Part shown: one piece after another, positions 26,204 to 34,986 of the stretch
Numbering within the stretch: position 1 is the first letter of the stretch
Layout: every line of letters starts with the position of its first letter
DNA from: Bacteroidia bacterium
Lineage (GTDB): Bacteria; Bacteroidota; Bacteroidia; Flavobacteriales; Flavobacteriaceae
Assembly: GCA_963580575.1 (NCBI GenBank)
Contig: CAUZKB010000001.1
Location: 4,514-68,513, forward strand
Reading direction: 5' to 3'
DNA length: 64,000 nucleotides
The notes under the pieces: generated by a model
What the model saw: only the letters and a program-made list of their open reading frames with translations
What the model was told of the DNA's origin: nothing
Database searches by the model: none
Made by a program: the position numbers and the translations under genes

Positions 26204-27457
26204 ATGTCATATTTTTTTACATCAGAATCAGTTAGCGAGGGTCATCCTGATAAAGTTGCTGATCAAATTAGTGATGCTCTTTTAGATAATTTTTTAGCTT
26301 TTGATTCGAGCAGTAAAGTTGCTTGTGAAACACTTGTAACTACGGGTCAAGTTATACTTTCAGGAGAAGTGAAAAGTAAAGCTTATTTAGATGTTCAAAA
26401 AATAGCCAGAGATACTATTAAAAAAATAGGATATACAAAGTCAGAATATAAGTTTAGTGGTGATTCATGTGGAGTAATTTCATTAATACACGAACAATCA
26501 AAGGATATTAATAGAGGGGTAGAAAGAGAAACAAAAGAGAATCAAGGTGCAGGAGATCAGGGTCTAATGTTTGGTTATGCAACTAATGAAACAGAAAGTT
26601 ATTTACCATTAACACTAGATCTTTCTCATAAAATTCTTATAGAGCTTGCTGATTTAAGAAAAAATAATAAGATAAAATATTTAAGACCAGATGCAAAATC
26701 TCAGGTTACAATAGAATATGATAATTATAATAAACCTAAAAGGATTGATACGATAGTTATATCTACTCAACATGATGAGTTTGATAATGATGAGAATTTA
26801 ATGTTAGATAAAATTAAATCAGATTTGATTAATATTTTAATTCCTAAAGTAAAAAATTCATTACCTAGAAGTATTCAAGATTTATTCGGAGAAGATATTA
26901 ATTATCATATAAATCCAACTGGAAAATTTGTAATTGGTGGACCTCACGGAGATACGGGTCTAACTGGAAGGAAAATTATTGTTGATACTTATGGAGGAAA
27001 AGGAGGTCATGGGGGTGGAGCTTTTAGCGGAAAAGATCCTAGTAAGGTCGACAGAAGTGCCGCTTATGCAGCAAGGCATATGGCTAAAAATCTAGTCGCT
27101 GCAGGAATTTCAGATCAGCTTTTAGTACAGGTGAGTTATGCAATAGGTATTGCTGAACCAACTTCAATAACAATCGATACTTTTGGAACATCTAAAATTG
27201 ATCTTTCTGATGCGGAGATTGCATCAAAAGCAGTTTCAATTTTTGATATGAGACCTTATGAAATTGAACAGAGACTTAAATTAAGAAATCCTATTTATTT
27301 AGAGACAGCTGCTTATGGTCATATGGGGCGAAAGCCTCAATATATTAATAAAACATTCGTGTCAAACTATTCAGGTAGAGTTAATAAAAAAGTTGAACTT
27401 TTTACCTGGGAAAAATTAGATTTTATTTCAAACATTAAAAAAATGTTTAAATTATGA
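26204..27457 (+). CDS. metK: S-adenosylmethionine synthetase
   Basis: 417-aa ORF with [26 protein letters not shown] and [19 protein letters not shown]. Confidence 0.97.
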   Translation: MSYFFTSESVSEGHPDKVADQISDALLDNFLAFDSSSKVACETLVTTGQVILSGEVKSKAYLDVQKIARDTIKKIGYTKSEYKFSGDSCGVISLIHEQSKDINRGVERETKENQGAGDQGLMFGYATNETESYLPLTLDLSHKILIELADLRKNNKIKYLRPDAKSQVTIEYDNYNKPKRIDTIVISTQHDEFDNDENLMLDKIKSDLINILIPKVKNSLPRSIQDLFGEDINYHINPTGKFVIGGPHGDTGLTGRKIIVDTYGGKGGHGGGAFSGKDPSKVDRSAAYAARHMAKNLVAAGISDQLLVQVSYAIGIAEPTSITIDTFGTSKIDLSDAEIASKAVSIFDMRPYEIEQRLKLRNPIYLETAAYGHMGRKPQYINKTFVSNYSGRVNKKVELFTWEKLDFISNIKKMFKL

Positions 27458-28725
27458 GTTCTAAATTAGAAACTAATGCTCTTCATGCAGGTCATGATAC
27501 AAAAAATACAGCTGGAACACGAGCAGTTCCTATTTATCAAACAAGTTCTTACGTTTTCAATGATTCTGATCATGCGGCTAATTTATTTTCTTTGGCTGAA
27601 CCAGGATTTATATATACAAGATTAAATAATCCAACAAATGATATTCTTGAACAACGTTTAGCTATACTTGAAGGAGGTGTTGCAGCAGTAGCTACAGCTT
27701 CAGGACAATTAGCAATTGCCACTACTTTATTGGTAATGCTTAAATCTGGCGATCACATTGTTACCTCTAATAGTCTATATGGGGGAACATATAATTTGTT
27801 AAAAGTTACCTTACCCAGATTTGGAATTACAACCACTTTTGTTGATCCTGATGATGTAAATAATTTTGAAAAGGCAGTAAAACCAAATACAAGAGTTTTT
27901 TTTGCTGAATCACTTGGAAATCCAAAATTAGATGTTTTAGATCTAAGAGCTATTGGTGAAAAAGCAAAAAAAGCAAAGGTGCCTTTTGTTGTTGATAATA
28001 CTATTGCCACCCCAGCTCTTTTAAATCCAATTGAATATGGTGCAAATATTGTAGTTCATTCCCTGACTAAATATATAACTGGTAATGGAACTTCAATTGG
28101 AGGTGTAATTATTGATTCAGGTACTTTTGATTGGTCAAATGGGTTATTTCCTGAATTTACTGAACCTTCACCAGGGTACCATGGTTTAGTTTATCATGAT
28201 GCTTTGGGTCCTATTGCTTTTATCGCAAAAGTTAGAATTGAGGGGTTAAGAGATTTAGGGAGTGCTCCTAGTCCATTTAATAGTTTTCAAGTAATTCAAG
28301 GAGTTGAAACGTTGAAATTAAGAATGGAAAATCATTCTCAAAATGCTATAGAATTAGCAAGATGGCTTGAGAAAAGAAAAGAGATAAATTGGGTAAATTA
28401 CCCAGGTTTGGAATCATCAAAATATAAGTCTTTAGCCGATAATTATCTTCCTAATGGTGCGAGTGGAATTGTTACATTTGGACTTAAGAAGGGATATGCG
28501 GCCGCAAAAAAAGTATCTGATAATACTAAGTTGTTTTCTTTATTGGCTAATATAGGTGATTCAAAGTCATTAATAATTCATCCATCTAGTACAACACATC
28601 AACAATTAACGGAATTAGAACAAAAAAGTACTGGAGTTACTCCAGATTTAATTCGTTTGTCTGTTGGTTTGGAGTCAATAATTGATTTAAAATCAGATTT
28701 AGAAGAGGCTTTTGGTACAATATAA
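27454..28725 (+). CDS. metY: O-acetylhomoserine aminocarboxypropyltransferase (sulfhydrylase)
   Basis: 423-aa ORF in the Cys/Met-metabolism PLP family, with the PLP lysine in [11 protein letters not shown]. It overlaps metK through ATGA. Confidence 0.9.
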   Translation: MSSKLETNALHAGHDTKNTAGTRAVPIYQTSSYVFNDSDHAANLFSLAEPGFIYTRLNNPTNDILEQRLAILEGGVAAVATASGQLAIATTLLVMLKSGDHIVTSNSLYGGTYNLLKVTLPRFGITTTFVDPDDVNNFEKAVKPNTRVFFAESLGNPKLDVLDLRAIGEKAKKAKVPFVVDNTIATPALLNPIEYGANIVVHSLTKYITGNGTSIGGVIIDSGTFDWSNGLFPEFTEPSPGYHGLVYHDALGPIAFIAKVRIEGLRDLGSAPSPFNSFQVIQGVETLKLRMENHSQNAIELARWLEKRKEINWVNYPGLESSKYKSLADNYLPNGASGIVTFGLKKGYAAAKKVSDNTKLFSLLANIGDSKSLIIHPSSTTHQQLTELEQKSTGVTPDLIRLSVGLESIIDLKSDLEEAFGTI

Positions 28726-28734
28726 AATTAAATA

Positions 28735-29706
28735 ATGTCAGAAATCCTTAAGGTTTCTATTAATGATTTTAAAACTCAAGCTGGAGCCGTATATAGTCCT
28801 TTAAATTTGTTTTATCAACATTTTGGTAAAGATTATAATACAGCTCCAGTTATATTAGTTAATCATTCACTAACTGGCGATTCTAATGTTTCGGGAAATA
28901 ATGGATGGTGGTCAGAAATTATTGGTCCTGGACTTACTATTGATACTAATTATTATTCTATTATAGCTTTTAATATACCTGGAAATGGAGTTAAAGGGTC
29001 AATGATTAAACAATATAATCATTTTCATACTGGTGATATTGCTAGGTTATTTTTTGAGGCTTTAAAACTTCTTGGTATAAAAAAGTTACATGCAATAATT
29101 GGTGGTTCAATTGGGGGTGGGATTGTATGGGAAATGGGAGCAAAATATCCAAATTTTGCAAAACATTTAATTCCTGTTGCTGCTGATTGGAAAGCGTCAG
29201 ATTGGATTATAGCTAATACGTTTTTACAAAAAAGAATTCTTGAAAATTCTTCAAAACCTCTTGAAGATGCTAGAATTCATGCAATGTTAACATATAGAAC
29301 ACCAAATTCGTTTCATGATAGATTTGCCAGAAGTAAGAATGAAGAAAATAATTTATATAACGTTGAAAATTGGTTATTACATCATGGAAAAAAATTAAAA
29401 AATCGATTTAAATTAGATGCTTATGTTTTCATGAATCACCTACTTGCTTCAGTTGATATAACAAGGTCAATTAATTCATTGGAAGAAGTTATTGGAAAGA
29501 TTAAATCTTCAATTCATTTGATAGCAATTGATAGTGATCTGTTTTTTTTATCTTCTGAAGATAAATTAACTTTTGAAAAAGTAAAACTATTAAAGAAAAA
29601 CATCACTTATAATGAAATAAAATCGATTCATGGTCATGATGCTTTTTTAATTGAAAATGAGAAGATTTCTAAAATTTTAAAACCTATATTTAAGAATAAT
29701 AAATAA
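28735..29706 (+). CDS. metX: homoserine O-acetyltransferase (alpha/beta hydrolase fold)
   Basis: 323-aa ORF with the nucleophile elbow GGSIGG and the C-terminal HGHDAFLIE, in metK-metY context. Confidence 0.8.
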   Translation: MSEILKVSINDFKTQAGAVYSPLNLFYQHFGKDYNTAPVILVNHSLTGDSNVSGNNGWWSEIIGPGLTIDTNYYSIIAFNIPGNGVKGSMIKQYNHFHTGDIARLFFEALKLLGIKKLHAIIGGSIGGGIVWEMGAKYPNFAKHLIPVAADWKASDWIIANTFLQKRILENSSKPLEDARIHAMLTYRTPNSFHDRFARSKNEENNLYNVENWLLHHGKKLKNRFKLDAYVFMNHLLASVDITRSINSLEEVIGKIKSSIHLIAIDSDLFFLSSEDKLTFEKVKLLKKNITYNEIKSIHGHDAFLIENEKISKILKPIFKNNK

Positions 29707-29712
29707 TTTTTC

Positions 29713-30141
29713 ATGAAGGTTGTTTTAGAAAGAGTCAATAATGATTACTTATTTGAAGTAAAAAATAAAAATGGACATTCTGTATTATTAGATAATAATT
29801 CTAAAACTACTGGTAAAGTTGAGGGAGCAAGTCCAATGGAATTGTTGCTTATGGGAGTTGCTGGATGTAGTGCTATTGATATTATATCAATCTTAAATAA
29901 ACAGAAGATTAATCCTTCTTCACTTAGGATGGAAGTCAATGGGTTAAGAAAACCCGAACAAATTCCTTCATTATTTTATCAAATAGATATTATAATTTTT
30001 TTAGAGGGAAATATAGGAAAAGATAAAGCGTTAAGAGCTGCAAATTTATCATATAAAAAATATTGTTCAGTTTCAAAAATATTGGAAAAGACAGCTAATA
30101 TTAATCATAAAGTTGTTTTAAATGGTATACATTTAGAATAG
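29713..30141 (+). CDS. OsmC family peroxiredoxin-like protein
   Basis: 142-aa ORF with the two conserved Cys contexts GVAGCSAID and KKYCSVSK. Confidence 0.8.
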   Translation: MKVVLERVNNDYLFEVKNKNGHSVLLDNNSKTTGKVEGASPMELLLMGVAGCSAIDIISILNKQKINPSSLRMEVNGLRKPEQIPSLFYQIDIIIFLEGNIGKDKALRAANLSYKKYCSVSKILEKTANINHKVVLNGIHLE

Positions 30142-30173
30142 ATTTTATTTTGTTATCTCTTTAAAATATAAGA

Positions 30174-30822
30174 TCAAGCTTTCTGTTTAGTTTCATCTAA
30201 AACTATTTTTCCATTATGAATTATTATAATATTATCACATATCAAATTTACTTCTTGAAGAATATGAGATGAGAATAATATTATTTTTTCCTTATTAATC
30301 TTTTTTATTAGTTTTCGAATTTCAATTAACTGAACTGGATCTAGACCTGTTTTAGGTTCGTCAAGTAATAGAAGTTTAGGATTATGAATTATTGATGCTG
30401 CTATTCCTACCCTTTGTTTGTATCCTTTAAATAAAATTTATATTTTTTTATCTTGAACATTATTTAAACCTGTTTGTTCTATTATTTTATTAAAATTTAT
30501 TATATCCCCTTTATATAAATTACTAATAAATTTCAGGTATTCTTTTACATACATTTCCTTATATAAGGGATTATTTTCTGGTAGATAACCCGATTAATCT
30601 TTGAACTTTGTTTAATTCTTTTTTTAGATCTATGCCATCAAGAATTATTTTGCCATTCCATAAATCATAATAGCCAGTTAAGATTCTCATTAGGATAGAT
30701 TTTCAAACACCATTAACTCCTAAAAGACCATTTATTTCTTCTTTTTTTAATTCTAGGGAAATATTTTTTAAAACTTTAAAGTCCTCAAAATTATTGAAAA
30801 GATTTTTAATTTTAAGACTCAT
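30174..30822 (-). pseudogene. disrupted ABC transporter ATP-binding protein, GldA-like
   Basis: Conceptual translation gives MSLKIKNLFNNFEDFKVLKNISLELKKEEINGLLGVNGV*KSILMRILTG...QRLIG(fs)YLPENNPLYKEMYVKEYLKFISNLYK...[37 protein letters not shown]...SSHILQEV. There is a TGA at 30703-30705 on the Walker-A glycine. There is one extra C in the CCC run at 30589-30591. A TAA lies at 30438-30440, just before the ABC signature. No ORF of 60 aa or more is listed in the track here. Confidence 0.7.
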
Positions 30823-30910
30823 AGATTTATTAATATATTTAAATTCAGGTAAGTAAAATAAATTAAAGAAAAAAAGTTATATAAAAATTTGTTTTTGACT
30901 ATTCCTATCT

Positions 30911-30918
30911 TACATTTG
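30911..30918 (+). promoter_or_regulatory. Bacteroidota-type -7 box (TACATTTG) upstream of the aromatic-operon leader
   Basis: Exact TAnnTTTG match, 13 nt upstream of the GTG of the leader ORF. Confidence 0.4.
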
Positions 30919-30931
30919 CTTTTTTTAAACT

Positions 30932-30994
30932 GTGAAAACATATAAATTAAATATCTTTAGCTTTTACTTTTACTTTAATGTGGATATGGCTTAG
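30932..30994 (+). promoter_or_regulatory. candidate attenuator leader peptide ORF (GTG start): (M)KTYKLNIFSFYFYFNVDMA*
   Basis: 20 codons with four Phe and two Tyr within seven consecutive codons (30956-30976). The TAG stop lies inside GGCTTAG, which can pair with TAAGTCC, the 5' arm of the downstream terminator. Confidence 0.45.
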
Positions 30995-31022
30995 TATTAA
31001 TTTATTTGTAAGAATCGTATTT

Positions 31023-31050
31023 AAGTCCTGAATTTCGGGACTTTTTTTTT
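31023..31050 (+). terminator. intrinsic terminator / attenuator hairpin immediately upstream of pheA
   Basis: AAGTCCTG (31023-31030), loop AATTT, CGGGACTT (31036-31043), giving 8 bp with one G-U pair, then a T-run to 31050. It ends 6 nt before the pheA ATG. No plus-strand gene lies upstream that it could terminate. Confidence 0.65.
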
Positions 31051-31056
31051 ATAAAT

Positions 31057-31893
31057 ATGAATGAAAATAAATTAAATATTGGTATACAAGGAGTAAAGGG
31101 GTCTTATCATCACCTTGTCGCTCAAAATTATTTTAAAGAAAATTTTCTTATTGAGGAGTGTTATAGTTTTGATCAATTAATTGATGGAATTTTAAAAACA
31201 AAGATAGATAAAGGAGTTATGGCAATAGAAAATTCAATAGCAGGTTCAATAATTCCTAATTATGCCTTGATTGATCAAAATGAGTTGAAAATTGTTGGAG
31301 AAAGTTATTTTAATATTGATCATAATTTGATGGCCTTAGAAGGAGAAACGATTCGGACAATAAAGGAAGTTTATTCTCATCCAATGGCACTATTACAGTG
31401 TAAGAGTTTTTTTAACAATTATCCTCATATCAGATTGGTAGAATCTGAGGATACTGCAGATGAAGCAAGAAGAATTTCAAAAAATAGACTTAATGGAATA
31501 GCTGCTATAGGAAGTCCTGAGGCGGCTAAACTTTATGGTTTAAATATTTTATATAAATCAATTCAGACTATAAAAAAAAATATTACAAGGTTTGTAATAA
31601 TTCAGAAGGATTCTGATGAAATAAACATTAAGAAAATTGATAAAGCATCATTAAAATTTATTTTGGATGATAAAAGGGGAAGTTTAGCTGCTGTATTGAA
31701 TGCTATGAGTGATTGTAAATTAAATTTAACAAAAATACAGTCTTTACCAGTTATAGAAAAGCCTGGTAAATATGCTTTTTTTGTTGATGTGATTTTTGAT
31801 AATATTAATGATTATTTCAAGGCAAAAAAAATACTTAGTATAATGGCTTCACATTTTAAAATTTTAGGTGAATATTTAAATGGTAAAAAATGA
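31057..31893 (+). CDS. pheA: prephenate dehydratase
   Basis: 278-aa ORF with PDT and ACT domains (IGIQGVKGSYHH, ENSIAGSI, TRFVII, C-terminal ACT). Confidence 0.9.
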   Translation: MNENKLNIGIQGVKGSYHHLVAQNYFKENFLIEECYSFDQLIDGILKTKIDKGVMAIENSIAGSIIPNYALIDQNELKIVGESYFNIDHNLMALEGETIRTIKEVYSHPMALLQCKSFFNNYPHIRLVESEDTADEARRISKNRLNGIAAIGSPEAAKLYGLNILYKSIQTIKKNITRFVIIQKDSDEINIKKIDKASLKFILDDKRGSLAAVLNAMSDCKLNLTKIQSLPVIEKPGKYAFFVDVIFDNINDYFKAKKILSIMASHFKILGEYLNGKK

Positions 31894-33041
31894 TTTTAAG
31901 AGCTGACAGAATAAACAATATTGAAGAATATTATTTTTCGAAGAAACTAAAAGAAGTTGTTTCTCTAGAAAAAGAAGGAAGACTAATTATAAATATGGCT
32001 GTTGGGAATCCGGATCTTTCTCCTGATAAAACTGTAATTGACGCACTTAGAAAAGGTTTATCTCATTCAAAAGCTAATATGTATCAAAGTTACCAGGGAC
32101 TACCAGAACTTAGAAAAGCTATTGCTGATTTTTATAAATATCATTATAACGTAGAATTAGATTATAATAGACAGATACTCCCATTAATGGGGTCTAAAGA
32201 GGGTATTATGCATATTTCAATGGCTTTTTTAAATAAAGGAGATAAGGTATTAATTCCAAATCCTGGTTATCCAACTTATACTTCAGTTACTAAAATATTA
32301 GAAGCTGAACCAATATATTATGATTTAGTTGAAAATGATAATTGGCAACCTGATTGGAGATTACTTGATTCAATTGATACTAAAAGGATTAAAATGATGT
32401 GGATAAATTACCCAAATATGCCTACTGGAGCAAAAACTGTTTTAGATACATTTGATAGATTAATTGACTGGGCTAAGTCAAGAAAAATTATTTTAGTTAA
32501 TGATAATCCTTATAGTTTTATTTTGAACGATAACCCTGAAAGCATTTTATCTAGAAAAGGAGCCTTTGAAGTCTGTTTAGAATTGAATTCTTTAAGTAAG
32601 ACCTTTAATATGGCTGGATGGCGAGTTGGAATGTTATCAGGAAATCAAAATTTCATTAAGGATGTTCTAAAGATTAAAAGTAATATGGATTCTGGAATGT
32701 TTTATGGAATTCAAAAGGGAGCTATTGCTGCATTGAATTTAAAAAAAAATTGGTTTAAGTCTTTAAATGAAGTTTATTTGAAAAGAAGAGAAATTGTTTA
32801 TGAATTAGCATTAAAATTGAATACTCAATTTGATAGAAATACTGTGGGATTATTTGTTTGGGCAAAACTTCCTAAAACCATTAAGTCCTCAGAAAAATTT
32901 ATTGATGAAGTTTTGTATAATTACAATATATTCATTGCACCTGGATCAATTTTTGGTTCTCAAGGCTCTCGATTTATTAGATTTTCTCTTTGTATTGATG
33001 AAAAATTGATTAAAACTGCTATAAAAAGATTGACAAAATGA
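31890..33041 (+). CDS. class I/II PLP-dependent aminotransferase (aromatic operon)
   Basis: 383-aa ORF with the PLP lysine context NSLSKTFNMAGWRVG. It overlaps pheA and tyrA by 4 nt each. Confidence 0.8.
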   Translation: MILRADRINNIEEYYFSKKLKEVVSLEKEGRLIINMAVGNPDLSPDKTVIDALRKGLSHSKANMYQSYQGLPELRKAIADFYKYHYNVELDYNRQILPLMGSKEGIMHISMAFLNKGDKVLIPNPGYPTYTSVTKILEAEPIYYDLVENDNWQPDWRLLDSIDTKRIKMMWINYPNMPTGAKTVLDTFDRLIDWAKSRKIILVNDNPYSFILNDNPESILSRKGAFEVCLELNSLSKTFNMAGWRVGMLSGNQNFIKDVLKIKSNMDSGMFYGIQKGAIAALNLKKNWFKSLNEVYLKRREIVYELALKLNTQFDRNTVGLFVWAKLPKTIKSSEKFIDEVLYNYNIFIAPGSIFGSQGSRFIRFSLCIDEKLIKTAIKRLTK

Positions 33042-33898
33042 ATATAGGAATAATTGGTTTAGGTTTGATAGGTGGATCTTTTGCAATTTCTGCAAAAAGA
33101 CATATTTCAAATTGTACATGTTATGGAGAAGATATTGATAAAAATCATTTGAATCAGGCTATAGAGTTAAAATATATTGATGAAATATTAAATAAAAAAA
33201 AATATAGTTTGATGGACGTTTTAATTTTGGCTATTCCTGTTGATATAGCCAATAATAAAATAATTTCTTTGCTTGATAAGGTTAATGATAATTCTTTAAT
33301 TATTGATGTAGGATCAACAAAAAAAAATATTTGTCATAGAGTTTCATTACATCCAAAAAGGAACCAATTTTTAGCAACTCATCCTATAGCTGGAACAGAG
33401 TTTTCAGGACCAAAAGCTGCTTTTGAAGGATTGTTTAACGAACAAAGTCAAATTATATGTGAATCTCATAAAACTAGACCTGATCTATTAGAATGGGCTA
33501 TTAATTGGTTTTCTCAAATGTCGATGAGAGTTCTTAAGATGAGTCCAGATGAGCATGATGAACATATAGCTTATGTTTCTCATTTGTCTCATATTTCATC
33601 ATTTATGCTTGGTAAGACTGTAATTGAAAAAGAAAAAGATGAGAAAGCTATTTTTGATATGGCTAGCAGTGGATTTGCTTCGACTGTTAGACTTGCGAAA
33701 AGTTCTCCTGAAATGTGGACTCCTATCTTAATTGAAAATAAAAAAAATATTGTTAGTGTATTGTCTGAGTATATAGAAAATTTAAAATCTTTTAAAATTT
33801 TACTTGAAAATGAACAGAAGTCAGAAATGTACAACCAACTAAAATCAATTAATAAAATTGAAAAAATCCTTAATGGAATAAAAACTAATAATAAATAA
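33038..33898 (+). CDS. tyrA: prephenate dehydrogenase
   Basis: 286-aa ORF with the Rossmann motif IGIIGLGLIGGS, HPIAGTE and SHLSH. Confidence 0.85.
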   Translation: MNIGIIGLGLIGGSFAISAKRHISNCTCYGEDIDKNHLNQAIELKYIDEILNKKKYSLMDVLILAIPVDIANNKIISLLDKVNDNSLIIDVGSTKKNICHRVSLHPKRNQFLATHPIAGTEFSGPKAAFEGLFNEQSQIICESHKTRPDLLEWAINWFSQMSMRVLKMSPDEHDEHIAYVSHLSHISSFMLGKTVIEKEKDEKAIFDMASSGFASTVRLAKSSPEMWTPILIENKKNIVSVLSEYIENLKSFKILLENEQKSEMYNQLKSINKIEKILNGIKTNNK

Positions 33899-33900
33899 AA

Positions 33901-34983
33901 ATGGAAAATAAAAAAGAAATGCGAAGATGGTTAGATAACTTTAATCTTAATCATCCTTTAGTTATAGCAGGACCATGTAGTGCAGAAACTGAAGATCAGG
34001 TTTTAAATATAGCTAACCAGTTGAAAGATACTGATGTTAGTATTTTTAGAGCAGGTATATGGAAACCTAGAACTAAGCCTGGTATGTTTGAAGGAGTTGG
34101 GGCAACAGGATTAAAGTGGTTACAAAAAGTAAAAAAAGAAACAGGTCTATTAACAGCAACTGAAGTTGCAAATGCTAATCATGTAAAGTTGGCTCTTGAT
34201 CATGATGTCGATATTTTATGGATTGGAGCTAGATCTACTGTAAGCCCTTTTATAGTTCAAGAAATAGCTGATGCTCTTAATGGTACAAATAAAATAGTAT
34301 TAGTAAAAAATCCTGTAAATCCAGATTTATCTTTATGGTTAGGAGGGATTGAACGTTTACACTCATCAAATATTAAAAATCTTGGTTTAATTCATAGAGG
34401 TTTTTCAACTTATGAAAAAAGCGAATATAGAAATATTCCTGAGTGGCAGATAGCTGTAGATGTCATGAATAGGTTTCCTGATTTACCTATGATTTGTGAT
34501 CCATCTCATATTTCAGGTAAAAGAGATTTAATTTTTGATGTTTCTCAAATAGCTTTGGATCTTAATTATGACGGTTTAATGATTGAAACTCATTGTGATC
34601 CAGATAATGCTTGGAGTGATGCAAATCAACAAGTAAATCCAAATAGACTTATTGAGATAATGAAGAATTTAAAAATGAGAAAAGTCACAACAGATGAAGA
34701 AGAATATCAGAATCAATTATCTGATTTGAGGGCAAAAATTGATATTATTGATCAAACGCTTCTAGATAATCTTGGTAAGAGAATGAAAATTTCTGATAAT
34801 ATTGGTGAGATAAAAAGATTAAATAATGTAGCTGTACTTCAAAATAAGAGATGGAATGAGATTCTTGGAAAAATGATTTTAGAGGGTGAAAAATTATATC
34901 TTAGTGAAGAGTTTATATTAAAATTTTTCAAAGCTATTCATCAAGAGTCAATTAATCGTCAAGAAAAAGTTATTAATAAGTAG
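33901..34983 (+). CDS. bifunctional 3-deoxy-7-phosphoheptulonate (DAHP) synthase / chorismate mutase
   Basis: 360-aa ORF. A type I-beta (KDO8PS-like) DAHP synthase core (AGPCSAE, GIWKPRT, CDPSH) is followed by a C-terminal chorismate mutase type II helix bundle (LRAKIDIIDQTLLDNLGKRM). Confidence 0.9.
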   Translation: MENKKEMRRWLDNFNLNHPLVIAGPCSAETEDQVLNIANQLKDTDVSIFRAGIWKPRTKPGMFEGVGATGLKWLQKVKKETGLLTATEVANANHVKLALDHDVDILWIGARSTVSPFIVQEIADALNGTNKIVLVKNPVNPDLSLWLGGIERLHSSNIKNLGLIHRGFSTYEKSEYRNIPEWQIAVDVMNRFPDLPMICDPSHISGKRDLIFDVSQIALDLNYDGLMIETHCDPDNAWSDANQQVNPNRLIEIMKNLKMRKVTTDEEEYQNQLSDLRAKIDIIDQTLLDNLGKRMKISDNIGEIKRLNNVAVLQNKRWNEILGKMILEGEKLYLSEEFILKFFKAIHQESINRQEKVINK

Positions 34984-34986
34984 CAT

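Noticed and set aside
7830-30705. Possible alternative genetic code. In the two ORF-free regions, TGA reads as Trp at 8123-8125 and 7830-7832 and as Gly at 30703-30705.
   Set aside because: - TGA clearly terminates intact, well-conserved genes in the same window: the sigma factor at 2555-2557, metK at 27455-27457, pheA at 31891-31893 and nqrA at 42904-42906.
- TGG is used for Trp throughout, including inside the ABC pseudogene.
- The two genes would need different reassignments (Trp versus Gly).
- Both also carry TAA stops and homopolymer frameshifts.
- Ordinary pseudogenisation, with TGG to TGA and GGA to TGA changes, explains everything.
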